64,000 nucleotides of DNA, from positions 960,001 to 1,024,000 of the forward strand of contig OY969695.1 of NCBI GenBank assembly GCA_963701965.1. The letters are read 5' to 3'. Both the position numbers and the translations under genes were made by a program. The first letter of the stretch is position 1, and each line of letters begins with the position of its first letter. The notes under the pieces were generated by a model, which worked only from the letters and a program-made list of their open reading frames with translations, ran no database searches and was not told where the DNA came from. Below, in pieces: positions 10,752 to 20,346 of this stretch. This stretch comes from an uncultured Gemmatimonadales bacterium. GTDB taxonomy: Bacteria; Gemmatimonadota; Gemmatimonadetes; Gemmatimonadales; Gemmatimonadaceae.

Positions 10752-13400
10752 TTACCGGGGTAGCGACCAGCGGGCGCGCCGGATACGCGCTGGAACGATC
10801 ACCGTCAGGGAGAGCCGTCGCATAGGAATATCCTCCGTCCTGCTGCCCGAGAGCAGCGTAGGGTGAGCGAACGTGAGCGGCGTCGGCTTCGACCGCTTGG
10901 TCGAAGCGCGCCGCCCAGGGATCGAGACCGAGCTGTCGGAGCCAGTGCGCGGGCCATTGCGCGCCATGGCGAGACATCAGTGCCTCCACGGCGGCCCTGG
11001 TCTCAGAGATGGTCAAGCCCGTCGGCGTGCCGAGAAATGCCAGAGCTAGGCGGCCGAGGCCGAGCTGGAACAGTCGACGGCCGCGCGGTGCGGCCAGGTA
11101 GTAGTCGCGCTTCGGGACCGCCGACGCAATGGCTGGGACCTCGGTCTCATTGAGCCCTAGCTCGGCGTACGCCTTGGCATTTGTCACAGAGGTGGCGTCG
11201 GGATTCGGCAGGAATAGCCGCGTCGGACACGATTCGTATAGCAGCTGGGCACCGGGCAGCGCACAGAGCTGGGCCGGGCTATGTGGATGACGAGGACGAC
11301 CGCGGCATTGTACTTCCGCAGTGTCAGCATCCACTCGCGAATCTTGGCCGCGAAGGCACTGCGCATGAGCGGGGCCCAGAGTTCCTCGAGTACGATCAGC
11401 GTTGGACGGCCGTCCAGCGCCCGTTCCACCCGCCGGAACAAGGCGAGTGTGACCGGGACACGGCGGCGTCACTCAAGTCCATGAGCCGCTTCAACTCGAA
11501 CGTCACATGTCGTCCCGAGAGCGTCGTGTCAGCCGTACCGTCCAGGACTGAGTAAGGCCCCGCCACCGTGTAGGGCCGCAGCGCGGCGGCGACGTCAGGG
11601 AGCTGGACTTGGGTGCAGAAAGTTGTTCAGGGTGCGATGTTCCCGTGCGCCGTGGGCGAGCAGGAGTAGCGCACGGTCGATCCGCTCCCGCATGAGGGGC
11701 GTCGGTTGAACGCCCTGAATCGCCAGGACGGTCTCGATCCAATCCGCGGCCCACGCGCGTTCGCTCGGTTGGTCCACTTCGGCCAACGGCTGGAGCGAGA
11801 GACCCGCCTGGTCATCCGTGGCCACATGGTCGTGTTGGCCCCCGGTCGCCTGGCAGAGCAGCCAGCCCGAATAGCCGACGTCGAACACGAACGCCTGCGC
11901 GGCCCGATGCCGTTGAAATTGCGCGGCGAGAAGGCCCACCAGTGTGCTCTTGCCCCCACCGGTCTTCCCGACGATCAGCGTATGGCCAATGTCGGACTCG
12001 TGCAGATCGAGTCGGAACAGCATGGCGCCCCCGCCGTGACTGCCCATACGAGTGGCGGGCTCGCGATCGGGTAGTACGAACACGGGTTAGCGGAAGGTCC
12101 AGGCCACACCGATTCCAAGGGCAGGAGATCGGCCACGTTCAAGGTGTTCGCCAGTACCCGGCGAACGTTGGCGTACCCATTGCCGGGGAGCGTCCCAGGT
12201 ATGCATCCAATGCGTTGACACTCTCGATCCGCGCCGTGTAGCCGGCATCCTGCAGGCGCTCCGAATGTCCCTGGCCGCACGATCCGCGTCCTCGGCTCGC
12301 GGCTCCATCACCACCACGCATTGCGTGAGATGCGCAAACCGCACGTGACCCGACGCGTTCTCCGCGAGCGCGGCCGCGGCATCCGCCGCCATAGAGGTCG
12401 CATCCTGGTCGGTGAAGAGGGCGTCGTCCGCCTTCGGAGGAGCGTTACCCTTGGCGGCCATGTCCCGCACCCAGGCGCCCGCCCTTTCCGCTTCTGGAAC
12501 CACCGGAGCTGCGCGCGCTCAATCAGCGTCGCCCCCTGCTGCGCGTCGAGAGGCAGGACGCGGGTGGACCATCGATAGGTCAACGGCAGCTCGCTCAGGA
12601 ACGCGAGGGCGCCGGCAGACGAGTTAGCCGGATAGCCCTGGACCGCAATAATCCGGATGTGCTGTTCGCCAATACGCGGCGCGAACCCACCAATGGACTC
12701 TTGATCGGCAGAGTGACATTGAGATACGCCCCCGGTGCCGGCGTCCGTACCGGATGCGGGAGTCCGGTGAGGCACCGGTGGAGGAAGGTGCACAACTCGT
12801 CCGAGCCGAGCCGTCGCAGTGACAGGTGCGTGCTCAGGCGACGCGCGAGAGCCGCAATGTCACGCTCAAAGGCGCCGAGCACGCGATCCCACTCAACGCC
12901 ACGCGCGGCCCCAGCACGTTGGACGAACCACGCGGCCAGGCGCGAGTCCACGTCCGCCGGTGGCAGATACGTCACCGTGAGATATGTGTCCGACTCGAAG
13001 CGGGCGCCCCCCGCTGCGTAGTCGTCCCGCTCCGCGTCGATCAGCTGACCGATCACACTCGGAAATACGCTCTCGGGATAGGGGGTCGCCGGTCGCCGCA
13101 CCACCGAGACGTCAAGCATCAACGCCCAGTCAACCCGAGCAGCGCTTCGTTGACGTGCTCCGACAGCGCGGCGCGCTCGGCGTCGGTCGCCGCGACCAGA
13201 TCCGGTCCGCGCAGCGCGAAGGTCGCGAGCAGACTGCCATCCTTCTGCATGACGACGCCGTCGCCAACCAGAAAGGCCCACGTGGTGAGGTCGGCCACGC
13301 CCTCGGTTTGGACGCGGTGCTCCCGGAGGAACGTCGACAGCATCACCGCCAGGAGCCCAGTCGCCACCCCCGCCACAAGCCAGAGTGTCGCGTGCATCAT
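10752..13400 (-). pseudogene. trbE: TrbE/VirB4 ATPase, many frameshifts
   Basis: KDGSLLATFALRGPDL, YRWSTRVLPLD, Walker A GHTLIVGKTGGGKST, Walker B LIVLEELW, ESCPTRLFLPN spread over several frames; 3' end approximate. Confidence 0.88.
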
Positions 13401-13760
13401 GGCACCTGTGGAAACGACCGCGGCGCGCTGGGCGTCCCGATCGCTGGAGCGCATGCGGCGGGTAGAAGTCGCGCGCGAAGAGGCTCCGGACGTACACCAC
13501 ACTGATCTGCGGGTCGGACACCGTAAGGCGCGCGACCGCACTGTGCACGACAGTGACGTAGAAGAACGCCACCGCCACGGTCGCGACGTGCACGCCGACG
13601 ACGAACAGCAGCGCGAGAACGACGGCTGCCTCAACGAGCACGACACCTGGCTCGGCACCGAGAAACAGAATCGGCCGAGCCAGGGACGGGTGATGGGGTG
13701 GCGCGACGAGGATGTGGCGGGTCGGTGCAGATCGGCATCAGCATCGCTCATTCTTGTCAT
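13397..13760 (-). pseudogene. trbD: TrbD/VirB3, frameshifted
   Basis: RPILFLGAEP, two TM segments, SDPQISVVYVRSL. Confidence 0.8.
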
Positions 13761-14130
13761 ACGACGGCGCCAGCGAAGGCGAGAGCGGCAACGATCTGCA
13801 CGGACCCAAACATAATGGCGATGCCAAAAATGGCTTGACCGACCCGCTTCGCTCCTTCCTCGTGTCGGGTGAAGCCCCATGGCCCCCCCGATCACAAGCA
13901 TGAGACCCGCGAGCACCCGGGCGGTCGTGCCGCTCAGGTTGTCGAGCAACTGTTGGAGCGGCTGATCCCACGGCAGATCGGCGCCACCCGTACCGGCCCA
14001 TGCCGGATTCGCGAGCAGCAGCAGCGCGATTGTCGTTCGGAGCCGACAGAGCCCGGTGGCCACGACGACGCGACGCCCGGCACGAGGACGAAGGGCGGCG
14101 ACCGGCGAAAACTGACGTGAGGAAGCGCAT
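13757..14130 (-). pseudogene. trbC: TrbC/VirB2 pilin, frameshifted
   Basis: AWAGTGGADLPWDQPLQQLLDNLSG followed by two hydrophobic helices. Confidence 0.85.
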
Positions 14131-15139
14131 TACAAGGTCTCCTGGGTGCCGAAGGGTTCCGCGATGCAGTGGCCCTCCGCATCCAGGCCGCGGACGCGCG
14201 AGAGCCCACGACCTGCCGGTGCGCCATGGTGATGATCCAATCGATGGCCTCCGCGACGAGCGCAGATTGCGGCGGCACATTCTCCCGCTGGGCAAGCCGG
14301 TCGAGGCGATGCAGTGCGCCAATCGCGTCGGTCGCATGCAGGGTCGCGACGCCACCGCTATGCCCAGTCGCCCAGGCGTCCAGGGGGTAGAGCGCCGCGC
14401 CATCGCGTACTTCCCCCACCACGATCCGGTCCGGTGGAGCCGCAACGTCCATTTGACGAGCTGCGCCAAGTCGTAGCCATCCGCCGTGCGCAGTGCGATG
14501 TGGTCGGCGGAAGTACAACGAATCTCCGCCGTGTCTTCGAGAATGACAATGCGATCCGTCGGATGCGCGGAGGCGATTTCGAGCAAGAGGCTGTTCGCCA
14601 TGGTGGTCTTGCCTGACCCAGTGGAGCCAATGACGAGGACATTCTCCCGGCGTCGGGCGATGCCGACCAGCGCAAGGGCTATTTCGGTGTGGGAGCGCCT
14701 GCGGCCATCCAGTCCGGCAGCGACAACACGCGCCCCGCAGGCCGGCGAATGACGAACGTCGGCCCTATCGTAATGGGGGGGACGAGCCCTTGCAGCCGCG
14801 CGCCCTGGAAATCTCGATACGGGAGCGATGCCTGTACCGAAGGGGTGTGACGGCCCAGGGCGATGTTCTCGCGCGCAGCAACCGTATTGAGGAACATCTC
14901 ACACGGCGCGCATCGAGTCTGATATCGAGCGCCATGCGACCACCCGCCCCGCGATCGACACGAAGGACTGCGTCTTGGGGATTCCACGACACCTCGCGGA
15001 CGTCTTCCTCAGCCAGCATCGCCATCAGCTCAGGGCCGAGATGGCGTCGCATCATGGTGATATAGCCGTCCTCCGTTTGGGACGGTCGTGCGGCGCCAGT
15101 GCTGCCGGGTGATGGGACTGATCCGTCGTTCGCGGGCAT
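14130..15139 (-). pseudogene. trbB: TrbB/VirB11 ATPase, frameshifted
   Basis: GARLQGLVPP, GSTGSGKTT, ILEDTAE, PDRIVVGEVRDG, AWATGHSGG...TLHA across several frames. Confidence 0.88.
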
Positions 15140-15626
15140 TCCGCCTCTTCGACATCGAGTGGTGATGAGCCTTCTACCCAGGGAACCCCGCAGCCCCATC
15201 GAATCCGCAGTCGCCCGCGGGCCGACCGTCGGCATAGGCGTACGATGCGTAGGCGCGACAGCGCGGGCCGCGATGTCGCGGGTACGGCCGAAGACCCTGG
15301 CGCCCTGGAGACGCTGACGGCGGTCGTCTGACTGGCTCACCGATTTTTAACGGGGATGTAATCGGGTTGACGTGACGCCCACCTGACGCAACCGCTTACG
15401 CTGATGACGGAGGGGATAGGCCAACAATCGTCGCTGGAGGGCACTCACGGCGGACGCTGCACTACCGGCGGGTCCGCATTTATAACACCGCGCCCCACGC
15501 AAACCCGTAGTGCTCATTGACAGCCAACGGAGTCCGTTGCGCGGACGGTATTCCAGTGGCGACCATTCGCATCCAGCGATCCACTCGGCGTGGGGCCACA
15601 GCACGTCGAGTGACAGGAGTGGACAC

Positions 15627-16427
15627 GTGACGAGGAAGCGCGCACTAGATCTGCCGAAAGGGAGCAGCCCTGACGCAAGAGACGTCGCCACACGCACTGA
15701 GCTGTCGCGCTTGGCGTCCGAACCACAGGAGGCGGAATCCCGATGGGGTGCGGCACTGCGTGGTGTCGACGAACACCGAGCGGCAGCGGCGCTCATGGAG
15801 ATGTTCGATCTCTTTTACCGACCGCTGGTGGGATGGGGCGTACGGCACCGCGGCCTCACGATCGACGAGGCCGACGACATTGCGCAGAGCATCTTCATCT
15901 TCATTTGGACACACCGAGCGGAATGGCCGGTCACCAGCGGCACGTTTCGCTACCTCCTGCGTGCGATGCACAATCGCAGCAAGAACGAGCGACGAGACCG
16001 TGAGCGCCGTCTCGCGCGGCAGGGCGCCGCGACTGCCGCCGACGAGCCATCGATCCTCAACGACGCGGAACACGCCATTGATGAAGCGGAGCTTACGGCC
16101 GACATCACCGCGATTGTCGGCAGTTTGCCACAACGTGAACGCGATGTGCTGCGCATGCGCAAATGGGAGGGCCGAAGCATGAAGGCGATCGAGCACGCGT
16201 TGGGATTGTCCGAGAATACCGTACGCGCGACGCTCGTCCGCGCCATCGCGAGGCTGCACGCGGCACTAACGGAGCGTGGCTGGGGCGACATCCTCTTGCG
16301 TATCCGACACAATCGCGGCTTGCGTAGTAGACGTGGCGCCCAGCGAAGGGAGGCGGCTGATCCGGTCGCTACGCTTGGGACGGCGGACGAGACGTGCCGA
16401 GGAGAGGGCAATGCGCGGCGATCGTAA
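15627..16427 (+). CDS. ECF (FecI/RpoE-like) sigma factor
   Basis: Region 2 (EADDIAQSIFIFIW) and region 4 (LPQRERDVLRMR...IEHALGLSENTVR); GTG after AGGAG; could start at 15510. Confidence 0.85.
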   Translation: MTRKRALDLPKGSSPDARDVATRTELSRLASEPQEAESRWGAALRGVDEHRAAAALMEMFDLFYRPLVGWGVRHRGLTIDEADDIAQSIFIFIWTHRAEWPVTSGTFRYLLRAMHNRSKNERRDRERRLARQGAATAADEPSILNDAEHAIDEAELTADITAIVGSLPQRERDVLRMRKWEGRSMKAIEHALGLSENTVRATLVRAIARLHAALTERGWGDILLRIRHNRGLRSRRGAQRREAADPVATLGTADETCRGEGNARRS

Positions 16428-17286
16428 TGGCGACGAGGAGCCCGGACCACTTGGCCGCCCACGGCCTCACACGCCCCATAGGTCGCTGTCGTTCCAGGAC
16501 TATCGACTGATCGCGTCCTATGTCTGCTGCGATCCCGCTCAGAGGACGGACGGTGAGGCATCGGTCGCCGGACAGCGTCTACAGACTGATGTCGAATTTG
16601 CGACGGCGCTTTACGTGGTCGAAGAAGCGCTGACCATCGCCCGCACGCCGGAGTTCGATTACGCGGCCAGGCGACGGTCATTCATTGAGCGCCTCGCTAG
16701 TCATCGATTCGGTGCCATCCTGGGCGAGCACGAAAAGAGGCCTGCTCAGTCCTGGGGACGACGCCTGCTCTCATCCCGAGTGTGGCGCGCGACGGACGAT
16801 TCGCTGTCGTGGGTCGAACGCCTCGGCGCTGCCGTCTTGGTATTGGCATTGATTACTGGCGCGGCCTATCGACTGATGACGCCCTGGCGCTCGTCAATCG
16901 GCAGCGTGCACTTCGCTGCATCGGTTGATGAGCGGCGGACCTTCGAGTTGCCCGACTCCGTTCGGGTCACGCTGGAACCCGGCAGCACGATCGACTATCG
17001 CTCGTCGAAGAACCGCCCCTCACGCGTCGCTCGGCTAGAGGGGGCGGCACAGTTGGAGGTAGGACACGATTCTGGCCGTCAGTTCGAGGCCCGGGTAGAC
17101 GGGCTCACTGCGCGGACGGACGCTGGCGCGTTTGTCGTCGGCAAGATGAGCGCTCCCGACCGCGTCACCATTACTGTCTTGCGGGGTAACGTGGATGTGT
17201 GGTCTGACAGTGTTAGCACCGGCCCACCGAAGCGCCTGACTGCCGGACAGAGCGAGAACATGTCCCACGGCGATCCGGAGAGGTGA
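16411..17286 (+). CDS. FecR-like anti-sigma factor
   Basis: TM followed by RRTFELPDSVRVTLEPGSTI, RVARLEG, VTITVLRGNV; overlaps the sigma gene end. Confidence 0.8.
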   Translation: MRGDRNGDEEPGPLGRPRPHTPHRSLSFQDYRLIASYVCCDPAQRTDGEASVAGQRLQTDVEFATALYVVEEALTIARTPEFDYAARRRSFIERLASHRFGAILGEHEKRPAQSWGRRLLSSRVWRATDDSLSWVERLGAAVLVLALITGAAYRLMTPWRSSIGSVHFAASVDERRTFELPDSVRVTLEPGSTIDYRSSKNRPSRVARLEGAAQLEVGHDSGRQFEARVDGLTARTDAGAFVVGKMSAPDRVTITVLRGNVDVWSDSVSTGPPKRLTAGQSENMSHGDPER

Positions 17287-17498
17287 TTTGACCCTTCCCG
17301 GCTGTCAGTCCCTGGTGTCCTTGGTACATGGGAATTCGGTGCCAGCGCGCGATAGACCGAAAATCGGACGCACGCGTCTATCGCATCGATCACCACAACA
17401 CCCGCTGGCGGGTGCACCCGAAAGTTAATGGAACGCAGCAGCTCGCCGAGCCCTTTAAGCGGCGACTTTGCCGTTCGGTGATCTGTTAGCCACCGATC

Positions 17499-17522
17499 GG
17501 CAATACTGTACTTGACGCACCC
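17499..17522 (+). repeat. Left copy of a 24-bp inverted repeat
   Basis: GGCAATACTGTACTTGACGCACCC; 22/24 identical to the reverse complement of 19384-19407. Confidence 0.85.
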
Positions 17523-17544
17523 GGACCAGGGGAGAGTATCGTAG

Positions 17545-18414
17545 GTGATACCCTTCCTGAGTCTGATAGACGTGATCGAACTTGTAAGTGGCACGCCAAT
17601 GTTCCTGTCGGAACTGCTATGCGGGAACGAGCAGGTCCTGACGGAAGTGATCCAACAGTATGGACCGCTGGCGCAACTTCCCCCAGACGCTTGGGCGCAT
17701 GTTCGCGGTCCGGTACTGGCGCTTAGGGAAATTGCCAACCGCTTTTCTCTATCCGGGTCTGGCATGGTAGCTCAGGCGCTGCTTTCCACGCTCAATGGCG
17801 CCAGGGCTTGCAACCTGCAGATCGTTCGAGAAAAACTCGCCGATCTGCGCCGCACCGTTATCGCGGAATGGGGAGCCCGGCAATTCGCCTACATTCCGCC
17901 GGAGAGGTCGAAGTACGCTACTGCGGAACCGCAATTCGGCGCAGCGGTGGATACAGCCTTCCCTGACGCCCAGAGGGACATCCGTGCAGCTGCGGAGAGT
18001 TATGCTGTCGGGCTGAACGACGCTTGCGTGTACCATCTCATGAGAGCAGCAGAGATCGCCTTGCGAGTGCTCGCGCGGGACCGCGGCGTCAAGTTCCCGC
18101 ATCCGGTTGAACTGGAGAACTGGAACACCATCATCGAGAAGATTGACGCAAATGTGAAGGACGAAGTTGAGAAGTGGCCCAAGAGCGCGGCAAAGAGCGA
18201 CGCATTGGAGTTTTACCGCGGCGCCACCGGAGAGTTTCGCGCCTTAAAGGACTACTGGCGCAACCGCAACTCGCATGCGCGTGTTCACCACAATGAGCAC
18301 CAGGCTGCGAGCGCGTTTCTGCACACGCGAGAATTCATGGCCCGGCTTGCGGTCCGCCTATCGCAATCCCGCAAGAAGCCGATTGCATGGCGGACGAAGA
18401 AGAACGGGCCTTAG
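17545..18414 (+). CDS. HEPN-superfamily (DUF4145-like) predicted RNase
   Basis: ACVYHLMRAAE helix and RxxxxH motif (WRNRNSH); RBS GGGGAG. Confidence 0.7.
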   Translation: MIPFLSLIDVIELVSGTPMFLSELLCGNEQVLTEVIQQYGPLAQLPPDAWAHVRGPVLALREIANRFSLSGSGMVAQALLSTLNGARACNLQIVREKLADLRRTVIAEWGARQFAYIPPERSKYATAEPQFGAAVDTAFPDAQRDIRAAAESYAVGLNDACVYHLMRAAEIALRVLARDRGVKFPHPVELENWNTIIEKIDANVKDEVEKWPKSAAKSDALEFYRGATGEFRALKDYWRNRNSHARVHHNEHQAASAFLHTREFMARLAVRLSQSRKKPIAWRTKKNGP

Positions 18415-18526
18415 TGCGTACCGCATTCACGGCGTTGGTGGTAGAATGAACTGTTCTACCACCTAGTCGCCATTCCGGCACCCTGCACAGGCGGTGTGGT
18501 TGGGTGGCGACCCGACAAATTGCCGA

Positions 18527-19300
18527 GTGGCTATTTTCCACGCCTACTACGACGCGAGCGGAACTGAGACGACTCCCGATAGCCTACTGGCCATGGCCGT
18601 TCTGGTGGCGACCGTGGAGCAGTGGGAGGCCATCGAAGGCGATTGGCGGGCCGTGCTCAAGGATTGCAATGTGCCGTACCTGCACATGAAGAAGTTCACG
18701 GCGTCCAAAGGGCCGTTTGCTAGTGGCTGGGAGGGCAATGAAACCAAGCGCGCAAAGTTTCTCGGCCGATTGGCAGACACCCTGCACTCGCGCATCGAGT
18801 ATGCCCGCGTCTTCGATAGTCTCCCGGCAGACTTCAACGCGGCAGATGAACAATACCAGCTGAGAGAAAGTGGGTACTGGTCCGGGCCATACGCGTTCGT
18901 CTCTAGCCTTTGCCGGGACTACGTTCAGCGCTGGTTCATGGCGTCGCACCCAACAGACCACATCATCCATGTCTTTGAGGACGGCGATAATGGCCAAGGG
19001 CCGCTCATCGCCTATGCACGAAAGATGAAGGTTCCTCTCCTAGTCGCCCCTAAGACGGACCCGGTTACCGGCGAGCACAATGTGGCTTTCCAGGTAGCGG
19101 ATTGGGTCGCCTACGAGCACAAGCTAGAGGCTTCCAGAGTCGATGCTGGCAAAACCCACGAAGTGCGTCGCTCATTACGCGCGATAAACGACGCTATTCA
19201 TCCTACTAAGCATTTCACGATCGGGTATGATGTCATTACGCAAATCTGCCGTAACCATCCCGACCTGTACCCGCCTCGATCCCATGGGACCGGCGCCTAG
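18527..19300 (+). CDS. DUF3800-like (RNase H-fold) protein
   Basis: AYYDASG, LHMKKF, FEDGD, FQVADWVAY motifs; start uncertain (18494 or 18527). Confidence 0.78.
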   Translation: MAIFHAYYDASGTETTPDSLLAMAVLVATVEQWEAIEGDWRAVLKDCNVPYLHMKKFTASKGPFASGWEGNETKRAKFLGRLADTLHSRIEYARVFDSLPADFNAADEQYQLRESGYWSGPYAFVSSLCRDYVQRWFMASHPTDHIIHVFEDGDNGQGPLIAYARKMKVPLLVAPKTDPVTGEHNVAFQVADWVAYEHKLEASRVDAGKTHEVRRSLRAINDAIHPTKHFTIGYDVITQICRNHPDLYPPRSHGTGA

Positions 19301-19383
19301 TGCGCGCGCTTTCGCTTCCGCGCCGGTTTGTGTTTTGTCGGCAATTCCGACTTCGGCACCGCAATGATCCGCAGGTACCTATG

Positions 19384-19407
19384 GGGTGCGTCAAGTACAT
19401 AATTGCC
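19384..19407 (-). repeat. Right copy of the 24-bp inverted repeat
   Basis: Reverse complement reads GGCAATTATGTACTTGACGCACCC. Confidence 0.85.
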
Positions 19408-19870
19408 TACCCATCGGTACTTCGTGAGCCGGGACGGTGACGAGCGCGTATCAACCCAAGACTGTCGCCCCGCGAGAGGTCGCGCTCCAAGTGCTCGGCC
19501 GTCAACTCGCGGCTGCGGGCTCGTCGGCGCGCGGGCCTTCGACGGCCGACATTTGACGTCAGAGCCACCGCGACGGCGGTCCTGAACCCCTCGCGGTCCA
19601 CCAACTCGTAGTAGGTCTCGCCGAGCATCGGCCCCTGCCCCGCGTGCTGGCACGCGGTTCCGGGAGGGGATGACCCTCGGTTTCACTTCGCGTACGCGCC
19701 TATCACGGTGAGATCAGGCGAAATCACGCATCGGGCCGCGCGTGCGGGTTTCGGGCTTGCGCGGGGTTCCTCTAGTAGAGGCCCCTCGCAGACGTCGGGC
19801 GGATGGCGCATTCGGTCCGTACTGTCGCCGCGATTCGGGAGGCCAGACGCACGGGTTGAGGGACCGCCCG

Positions 19871-20113
19871 ATGAATCAAGACTTGGCCCGCGCCACCGGA
19901 CACTCCGCGCACCCTCGCGGGCAACACCCAGCGGTCCGCGCCTGTAGCGATCGATGGCAACTGGCAATCGAAGTACGTCGCGTCGCGCACTTGGCGCGGC
20001 TGGATAACTCGCGCGTGCAGCCGGTGTTGTTGTCTCTCTACCGCGCGCAGCGAAGGGTCCAGGCTTATCCAACCTCCCGGCGCTCGAATTCTAGTGGGCT
20101 CGGAGCGCCATGA
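19871..20113 (+). CDS. Small hypothetical protein
   Basis: ATG after GAGGG; its TGA overlaps the ATG of the next ORF (ATGA). Confidence 0.4.
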   Translation: MNQDLARATGHSAHPRGQHPAVRACSDRWQLAIEVRRVAHLARLDNSRVQPVLLSLYRAQRRVQAYPTSRRSNSSGLGAP

Positions 20114-20346
20114 GTCCCGACAAGGACCCGCGCACGTCGGGCAACCCCCGCGCGTCACCTCCGCGCGTTGCGCGCCGTCCATCCCCGCGCGTCGTTTGCC
20201 GACAGAGTGAGGACGTCGTTGATCTTTCTGCGTGGGCGCGGCAATATGTCGACGCCATTCTCGCGCTATACGACACCGGGGAGTCAAATGCAGCGTACAA
20301 CTGCCGTGCCCGCCGCCGTCCCGACCCTTCCGGACCCTGCGACTGA
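20110..20346 (+). CDS. Small hypothetical protein upstream of the recombinase (possible directionality factor)
   Basis: Amphipathic helix DLSAWARQYVDAILALY; overlaps the recombinase start. Confidence 0.45.
   Translation: MSPDKDPRTSGNPRASPPRVARRPSPRVVCRQSEDVVDLSAWARQYVDAILALYDTGESNAAYNCRARRRPDPSGPCD

Noticed and set aside
15140..15620. oriT or defined promoter between trbB and the sigma gene
   Set aside because: No recognisable nic motif or convincing -35/-10 pair by eye, and no relaxase in the window
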